From contig CAWFFN010000007.1 of NCBI GenBank assembly GCA_963815115.1, positions 672,001 through 736,000 of the forward strand: a stretch of DNA of 64,000 nt, given 5' to 3'. The number at the start of each line of letters is the position of its first letter. The first letter of the stretch is position 1. Below are positions 58,010-64,000 of this stretch, piece by piece. The DNA is from an uncultured delta proteobacterium. GTDB lineage: Bacteria; Desulfobacterota; Binatia; DP-6. A program made the position numbers and the translations under genes. The notes beneath the pieces are model-generated. The model was not told the origin of the DNA, made no database searches, and was given only the letters and a program-made list of their open reading frames with translations.

Positions 58010-59783
58010 GGTCGCCCTCCAATCCGAACTGGCTCCGGTGCAGCCGGGCGAACAGCCCGCCGCGCGCGACCAGCTCGCGGAACGCCCCCTGCTCGGCGAT
58101 GCGGCCGTTCTCGAGCACGAGGATGACGTCCGCGCGCCGCACCGTCGAGAGCCGGTGCGCGATGACGAACGTGGTCCGGCCCTCCATCAGGCGCTCGAGA
58201 CCCTGCATGACGCGCGCCTCGGTCTCGGCGTCGAGGGCCGCGGTCGGCTCGTCCAGGATGAGCAGCGGCGCGTCGCGCAGGATCGCGCGCGCGATCGTGA
58301 TGCGGAGCTGCTCCCCGCCCGACAGCGTCGCCCCCGACTCGCCGACGATGGTGTCCAGACCCGCGGGCAGGCGGGAAAGGAAGTCGTCGAGCTGCGCCAG
58401 CCGCACGGCGTCGGCGATCTGCGCCGCCGTCGCGTCGGGCCTGCCGTAGGCGACGTTCTCGCGCACGCTGGTCGGAAAGACCAGGGGCTGCTGCAGCACC
58501 ATCGCCACCTGCTGCCGGAGCCCGCGGAGCTGGAAGTCCCGCACGTCGATGCCGTCCAGGAGCACGCGCCCGGCCGTCGGATCGTAGAAGCGCGGGATCA
58601 GGCTCACCAGCGTCGTCTTGCCGGCCCCCGTGGCGCCGACGAGGGCGATCAGGTCGCCGGCCCGGGCGTGGAAGCTCACTCCCTTCAGCACCCTGCGGCT
58701 CTCGTCGTAGCCGAAGTGTACGTCCTCGAAGGTGACGGCGCCGTGCACCTCCCCGCGCGCGAGCGAGCGAGGGCCGTCCGGGAGGTCGGGTTGCGTCTCG
58801 AGGATCTCGAATACCCGCTCCGCGCCGACCTTCGCCCCCTGGATGAGCCCCCAGGTCTGCGTCAAGCTGTTGATCGGCGCGTAGAGCGACGCCAGGTAGG
58901 TGGTGAAGACGAGCACGTCGCCCACGGTGAGCGTGCCGTCGAGCACGTGGCTCGCACCCAGCCAGAGCACCACCGCCGTGCCGACCGCGATCAGCACGTT
59001 GACGAAAGCGGAGTACACCGACTGAAAGGTGTAGAGCCGGAGGTTCGCCGCCAGGCTCGCGCTGCTCCGCTCGACGAAGCGGCCATGCTCCTCCTCCTCG
59101 GTGGTGAACGCCTGGATCACCCGGATGGCGCCCATCGTGCGCTGCGCCATCGACCAGAACGCGCTCTCCTTCATCCGGGCGTCGGTCGAGAGCGCGGTGA
59201 TGCGCGAGGAGAGCCGGGTGATGGCGAGAAAGAGGAACGGCACCTCGACCAGCGCCGCAAGGGTGAGCAGCGGGTCGATCCGGACCATCACCACCACCAT
59301 GCCACCGAGCAGCACCATCGACGTGAGGATGGGAAAGAACCCGTTCATGGTGAGGGTCTGGATGGCGAAGGTGTCGGAGGTGAGGCGATAGAGCAGATCG
59401 CCGACCTCCCGGCGGCTGTGGAAGGCGAGCGACAGCCGGGCGAGATGCGCGTACAGCTCGCTGCGGAAGTCGTTGACCATCCGCTGCCCGACGCTGATGC
59501 TGGCGTAGTTGCTGCTCACGCTGAGGGCGCCGAGCAGCGCATAGACGCCGACCAGCGCTCCGCAGGCGACGAGGAGAAGCTCGCGCGGTGACAGGCTCCC
59601 CAGCGCGGGCACCCCGATGGGGCGATGGCCGAGCACGTTGTCGACGACGACCTTGAGCGGCCAGGGCTTGGCGAGCTCGAGCACGCCGATGAGGAGCACC
59701 TGCAGCACGGCGACCGTGAACGCGAGGCGGTACGGTTGCAGGCGGCGCAGGACCTTCCCGACCACGCGGAACGTGCTGCTCAA
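57993..59783 (-). CDS. ABC exporter, fused permease/ATPase (MsbA/NdvA-like type IV)
   Basis: Six TM segments, [25 protein letters not shown]; TTG start inferred. Confidence 0.93.
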   Translation of the reverse strand: MSSTFRVVGKVLRRLQPYRLAFTVAVLQVLLIGVLELAKPWPLKVVVDNVLGHRPIGVPALGSLSPRELLLVACGALVGVYALLGALSVSSNYASISVGQRMVNDFRSELYAHLARLSLAFHSRREVGDLLYRLTSDTFAIQTLTMNGFFPILTSMVLLGGMVVVMVRIDPLLTLAALVEVPFLFLAITRLSSRITALSTDARMKESAFWSMAQRTMGAIRVIQAFTTEEEEHGRFVERSSASLAANLRLYTFQSVYSAFVNVLIAVGTAVVLWLGASHVLDGTLTVGDVLVFTTYLASLYAPINSLTQTWGLIQGAKVGAERVFEILETQPDLPDGPRSLARGEVHGAVTFEDVHFGYDESRRVLKGVSFHARAGDLIALVGATGAGKTTLVSLIPRFYDPTAGRVLLDGIDVRDFQLRGLRQQVAMVLQQPLVFPTSVRENVAYGRPDATAAQIADAVRLAQLDDFLSRLPAGLDTIVGESGATLSGGEQLRITIARAILRDAPLLILDEPTAALDAETEARVMQGLERLMEGRTTFVIAHRLSTVRRADVILVLENGRIAEQGAFRELVARGGLFARLHRSQFGLEGDRAASS

Positions 59784-59793
59784 GCCCGTTCCC

Positions 59794-62400
59794 TCACGCA
59801 GCCCGCGCCGGCGCCTTGGCGCCACCGCCGTTCACGGCACGCAGCCCGAGCCCGGCGGCGACGATGTCGTAGGTGTCGTTCAGGATGCGTCCCAGCCGCA
59901 CGGTCTCCGAGACGATCACGCCGAGGTTGACGAGGCCGAGGGCCGTGCCGACGCCCGTGACCTCGGGAATTCCGAAGATCAGTCCGAGGCTGACGAAGAT
60001 CGCGAAGAAGCCGAGCGAGAGCTGCGACACCCGTGTCAGGCGCAGCTCGGAGCGGACGTTGAGGAGCCGCTTGCTACCGCCGTGATTCTCGGTGGCGACG
60101 GCGACGCGCGCCTTCGCCCAGACGCCGCGGAAGATCTCCAGATCCCAGCGATTCCATCCCGGGTCGACCGTGATCAGGTACTTGCGCGGGATCAGGAACT
60201 CCATCACGCCCCCGAGCAGCGCTTCCTTCTCGTGGCTCTCCTCGCTCCAGTAGCGCAGCACGAACGCGCGCTCGAGCAGATCCAGCTCGGGCGGCTGCCG
60301 CGGTCCGTCGGACGGCACCTGCTCCTCCAGCACCGCGAAGCCCCGCAGCCGCCAGAGGTAGCGCTGGATCCCCCGCATGAGCGGCCCCAGGTAGGTGAGG
60401 AGCGCGATCAGGGCGCGGGCGCGCACGCCGCGGAAACGCGGATCGATGCGCGCGCTCCACGCCGTCCCGATCGACCACGCAATCGAGATGGCGAGCGGGA
60501 TGACGGCGACCGGCAGCAGGCGCGGCGACACGAGGCCGGCGAGCAGGAGCAGGATACCGATGGCATTCCACTCCAGCGTGAACGGCAGGTAGCTCAGCAG
60601 CGAGGACGGCGCTTCGTAGAGCGACTGGAAGAGCCCCCGCCCGAATGCGCCGAAGTAGATCACCGGCCGGCGGGACAGCACGGCGCTGGTCAGCTCGCCG
60701 TAGATCCGCCCCAGCCAGCGCGACTGGCCGAGGAGATTGAAGCGATAGGGATGCTTGAAGTACAGCAGCGCCTCCGCCTTCCCGTAGCCCATCTGCTGCT
60801 TCAAGTAGGCCTTCACGGTGTTGCGGCGATAGTGCCAGACGGTGGCAGCGGCGCTGAACCCGATCGGATGACCGCGGTTCTGCAGGCGCCAGCAGAAGTC
60901 GACGTCGTCGCCCGCGGCCGAGAAGATCGGCTCGAAGCCGTGGATCTCGAGCAGGGCCTCCTTGGTGAAGGCCATGTTGCAGCCCGGGATGTGCTCGGCC
61001 ACCTCGTCGTTCAGCAGCACGTGCATCGGGCCACCGGGCGCCACCGCCACGGCCGCCGGCACCAGGCTCGGCTCGGGCGGCGGGAAGTTCGGCCCGCCGA
61101 CGGCGACGAATCCGCTGCGCACGAACGGATAGATCAGGAAGGCGAGCCAGTCGGGATCGGGCACGCAGTCCGAGTCGGTGTAGGCGATGATCTCGCCGGT
61201 CCCGGCCTCCGCTCCGACGTTGCGCGCCACGCTGAGGCCCTTGTTCGGCTGGTCGACGAGGAGAAAGCGCGGTGCCTGCGGGTCCGCCTCGTAGCGCTTC
61301 TGGTGCTCCTGGCTGATCGCGAGCGTGCCGTCGGTCGAGCCGTCGTTCACCACGACCACCTCGTAGTTCGGGTAGTTGAGGGTACGCATCGACTCGAGGC
61401 ACGCGTCCATCGTGCGCTCGGCGTTGTAGGCGCACACGACCACCGACACGCGCGGCGGATGCTCCAGGCGCGGCGGCAGAGGTGCGGTGTACTGCGTCCG
61501 CACGGCACGGTAGGCCGGCTTCACCCCGCGCTGCGCGTCGACCACGCCGAACGCCCAGTCGGCGATCTGCGAGCCGCCGGTGAACCAGTCGTCGGTCCAG
61601 GAGAAGACGAAGCACCCGGCGGCGCCCGATTCGAAGCCGGCACGGACCATCATCGCCAGCAACTCCCCCTGGTGCTCCTCGCCCTCCCGGATCGAGTCGA
61701 CGCCGAACTCGGTCAGCACGAGCGGCTTGTCCTCCGCGATGTTCTGCAGGCGGCTCAGGTAGCGTCGCAGCGCCTCCTCGCGGTGCAGGTAGACGTTGAA
61801 GGAGACGAAGTCGAGGAACTCCGTCAGGTCGAGATACTCGGTGGAAGGAAAGTTGGCGTAGCTCACCAGCGTGCCGGGCGCCTGCTGCTTGATCTCGTCG
61901 ACCAGCGTGCGCAGGAACTCCTTCACCCGCTCGGGTCCGTACCAGCGGACGATGTCGGGCGGGATCTCGTTGCCCACGAGCAAGCCGAGGAGCGCCGGGT
62001 GCCCCCCCAGGTTTGCCGCGGCGGCGCGGACGGTGCCGCGGATCTCCGCGACCAGATCCTTGCGGTCGAGGAAGCAGACGTGCTCGGCCCAGGGGATGGT
62101 GACGAGCACGCGGAGCCCGTGCTGCGCGGCGCGATCCAGGAGCCAGCGTGGAGGGACCGTGAAGGTCCGCAGCGTGTTGGCCCCCAGCCCGACCATCAGA
62201 CCGAAGTCCGTCTCGAGCAGGTCCTCCCTGGGGAACGGGAACCCATGATCCGAGGGCCCGAACGGACCGTAGGAAACCCCGCGCACGTAGATCTTGTGAT
62301 CGCCGACGAAGAAGAACTTGCCGCCGACGGCGACCGGCACGCTGTCGAGCGCCGGAGCGGGAGCCCGCTCCGGCAGCGGGCGCAGCATCGCCTGAGTCAT
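59794..62400 (-). CDS. Fusion: clan GH-A (GH2-like) TIM barrel + GT2 glycosyltransferase + membrane C-terminus
   Basis: VGNEIP (acid/base), LTEFG (nucleophile); VVCAYNA, NDGSTD, YTDSD, GDDVD; TM helices; no signal peptide. Confidence 0.88.
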   Translation of the reverse strand: MTQAMLRPLPERAPAPALDSVPVAVGGKFFFVGDHKIYVRGVSYGPFGPSDHGFPFPREDLLETDFGLMVGLGANTLRTFTVPPRWLLDRAAQHGLRVLVTIPWAEHVCFLDRKDLVAEIRGTVRAAAANLGGHPALLGLLVGNEIPPDIVRWYGPERVKEFLRTLVDEIKQQAPGTLVSYANFPSTEYLDLTEFLDFVSFNVYLHREEALRRYLSRLQNIAEDKPLVLTEFGVDSIREGEEHQGELLAMMVRAGFESGAAGCFVFSWTDDWFTGGSQIADWAFGVVDAQRGVKPAYRAVRTQYTAPLPPRLEHPPRVSVVVCAYNAERTMDACLESMRTLNYPNYEVVVVNDGSTDGTLAISQEHQKRYEADPQAPRFLLVDQPNKGLSVARNVGAEAGTGEIIAYTDSDCVPDPDWLAFLIYPFVRSGFVAVGGPNFPPPEPSLVPAAVAVAPGGPMHVLLNDEVAEHIPGCNMAFTKEALLEIHGFEPIFSAAGDDVDFCWRLQNRGHPIGFSAAATVWHYRRNTVKAYLKQQMGYGKAEALLYFKHPYRFNLLGQSRWLGRIYGELTSAVLSRRPVIYFGAFGRGLFQSLYEAPSSLLSYLPFTLEWNAIGILLLLAGLVSPRLLPVAVIPLAISIAWSIGTAWSARIDPRFRGVRARALIALLTYLGPLMRGIQRYLWRLRGFAVLEEQVPSDGPRQPPELDLLERAFVLRYWSEESHEKEALLGGVMEFLIPRKYLITVDPGWNRWDLEIFRGVWAKARVAVATENHGGSKRLLNVRSELRLTRVSQLSLGFFAIFVSLGLIFGIPEVTGVGTALGLVNLGVIVSETVRLGRILNDTYDIVAAGLGLRAVNGGGAKAPARAA

Positions 62401-62618
62401 GGGGGAGGACGCGATGCCGGAAGATAGACGACTGCCGGGAGGGCAACAACCAAGTATCGGCGCGATGGTTCGCCGGGACCTGCGTCCGCCCGGACCGTCG
62501 TGGTCGCGCTCCGCACGGGTCGGAGCGATCATGCGTTCCGTCGCTCCGCTTCGGGGATTGCACGGTCCGCCCGCAGCGGTATCCTCCCGTGCGACCGACC
62601 GCCACCGAGCGAGGGCAC

Positions 62619-62846
62619 ATGGAGCTCGACGAAATCATCGCGGGTATCGGCAAGCTCGAGACCGAGCGCGAGGCGATCTACCTGGACGAGCGCGTCGACG
62701 ACACGGAGCGTCCCCGGCTCCGGGAGATCGAGGCCGAGCTCGACCGGCTCTGGGATCTCCGGCGCCGGCTGGAAGCCGCCAGGAGCGCCGGGCTCGACCA
62801 CATCCCGGTGCCCCCGCCGCCCGACCCGAGCAAGCTGACTGGCTGA
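62619..62846 (+). CDS. DUF2630-like small protein
   Basis: RLREIEAELDRLWDLRRRLEAARSAG. Confidence 0.75.
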   Translation: MELDEIIAGIGKLETEREAIYLDERVDDTERPRLREIEAELDRLWDLRRRLEAARSAGLDHIPVPPPPDPSKLTG

Positions 62847-63077
62847 GACGGCGCACGGATCGGTCCGGCCGGCGAGCGCCGCCGCGTCTCCGCTCGACAG
62901 GCCGCTCGTCGAACGGAGCGACCGTGATCGATCAGAGAGAAGCCGCTGGCGTCCACGCGACGGCAGGTGTACGACATAGTTCGTCTCCCGGTACGCCCGC
63001 GCACGGCTCTCACGAGCGTGCCCCGGAACGGCGCACACCACGCCCTCGAAGCAATCGCGAGCCCCTGAGGCCCCCAC

Positions 63078-63572
63078 ATGGTTCTCCGCAAGCGGATCGT
63101 CGCGCGGCTCGGCACACGCCGCCCGCTTGCCAAACCGCTCGTCGCACGCGCCACCTGCCACGGGTCTCGCGCGGCCGGCGCGTGCCTGCTGGCTGTTCTC
63201 CTGCTGTCTCCGGGGAGGAGCATCAGCGATCCCGGCGCCGCTCCGGCCGCCCGCGGCCCGGGCCCCTCGGCCGCCGCGCTCGCCGTCTCGGTGAGCGAGA
63301 CCCCGGACGTGGTGCGCCTGCGCATCCAGGCTTCGGGAGAGATCGAGCCCGGGTCCGTCGAGGTCCGGTTCGCGGGCCGCAAGGCGGTCGTGATGGGGCG
63401 CGACGCGAAGGGCCGGGCAATCCGTTCGCACCCTGTCCGTCTCCCTGCCGCCGTGGTCGAGGAGGGGGCGAGCGCCGACTACGACACCGCGGACGCGCTG
63501 GTGCTGACGCTCCCCAAGCAGGCCGCCCAGGCTACGGCGCCTCCGGGCGACCCGGAAGCGGCGGCGCGCTGA
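63078..63572 (+). CDS. Hsp20/alpha-crystallin-like domain protein with N-terminal hydrophobic segment
   Basis: VSETPDVVRL..SVEVRF..VRLPAAV..ASADY..LVLTLPK. Confidence 0.6.
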   Translation: MVLRKRIVARLGTRRPLAKPLVARATCHGSRAAGACLLAVLLLSPGRSISDPGAAPAARGPGPSAAALAVSVSETPDVVRLRIQASGEIEPGSVEVRFAGRKAVVMGRDAKGRAIRSHPVRLPAAVVEEGASADYDTADALVLTLPKQAAQATAPPGDPEAAAR

Positions 63573-63869
63573 CGGCGTCGCGTCCAGGTCTGCCGCGAGG
63601 TCGTTCGCCAGCAACCCGGCGCACTGCGCTCCGGGGAATCGTCCGGCAGCGCACTCAGGAGCGTGGAACCTCGCAGGCTTGCATCTCCCGGGGTGGTAGC
63701 GGCGCGAGCCGTCGACGACGAGGACGTCACCAATCGCCCGCCAGGACCATGCCGCGGAGCAACTACGTACGTAGTTGGGCGCGCGTAGTACCTCCAGCTT
63801 TCTCGGCTTCCTGCGAAGCGGCTATAAGGGTTCGAGGCGGCCAGGTGGCGACCTGCGCCGGCAGACGTC

Positions 63870-64000
63870 ATGGGAGCTCATCGAGCGGCGATCTTTCGAA
63901 GTGTCGACGTCATCCGCGATTCCGGCACCGCCCTTCTCTGCTTGGTCAGGAGCAAGGAGGTATGGGTCCCGCTCACCGAGATCCGCCACGGCACCGACCT
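63870..64000 (+). CDS. Hypothetical protein, 3'-partial
   Basis: ATG open to the window end: MGAHRAAIFRSVDVIRDSGTALLCLVRSKEVWVPLTEI. Confidence 0.5.
   Translation, partial: MGAHRAAIFRSVDVIRDSGTALLCLVRSKEVWVPLTEIRHGTD

Noticed and set aside
1-64000. CRISPR array or rRNA
   Set aside because: No regularly spaced 23-47 bp repeats with unique spacers and no rRNA-like sequence were seen.

Overview
This is a high-GC bacterial window; the gene families suggest a soil deltaproteobacterium-like or Candidatus Binatia-like organism, which is an inference. (1) 1-9909: the 3' part of one giant surface protein of DUF11/isopeptide-type repeats, built from a tandem ~4.2 kb super-repeat and broken by several single-base frameshifts. 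(2) 9.9-17.4 kb: a topoisomerase IB gene with one in-frame amber codon, secreted Cys-rich proteins, an ECF-like sigma factor and gene remnants. (3) 17433-31636: an integrase-less island inserted at tRNA-Met(CAT), bounded by a 45-bp att repeat. It carries a DUF1778-GNAT toxin-antitoxin pair, a tRNA-Glu half, IS256 nested in an IS3 remnant, three further IS3 copies and an AT-hook miniprotein. It also holds an integron-type cassette array with no intI: two attC sites, Mrr and a small PD-(D/E)xK nuclease. A tyrosine-integrase relic lies just upstream of the tRNA. (4) 32-64 kb is core-like: a PPOX-family protein, hydrolases, meaB plus a phosphatase, a kinase / pseudo-AAA-pseudokinase / NtrC cluster, cofGHDE, an SH3-like and ACP-fusion module, an ExeA-like ATPase and an acyl-CoA dehydrogenase. 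It also has a five-gene operon (GH-A/GT2 fusion, ABC exporter, three GT-B paralogues) that looks like an uncharacterised glycan synthesis and export system. A ~105-bp double-hairpin dispersed repeat occurs three times. No CRISPR array or rRNA was seen.
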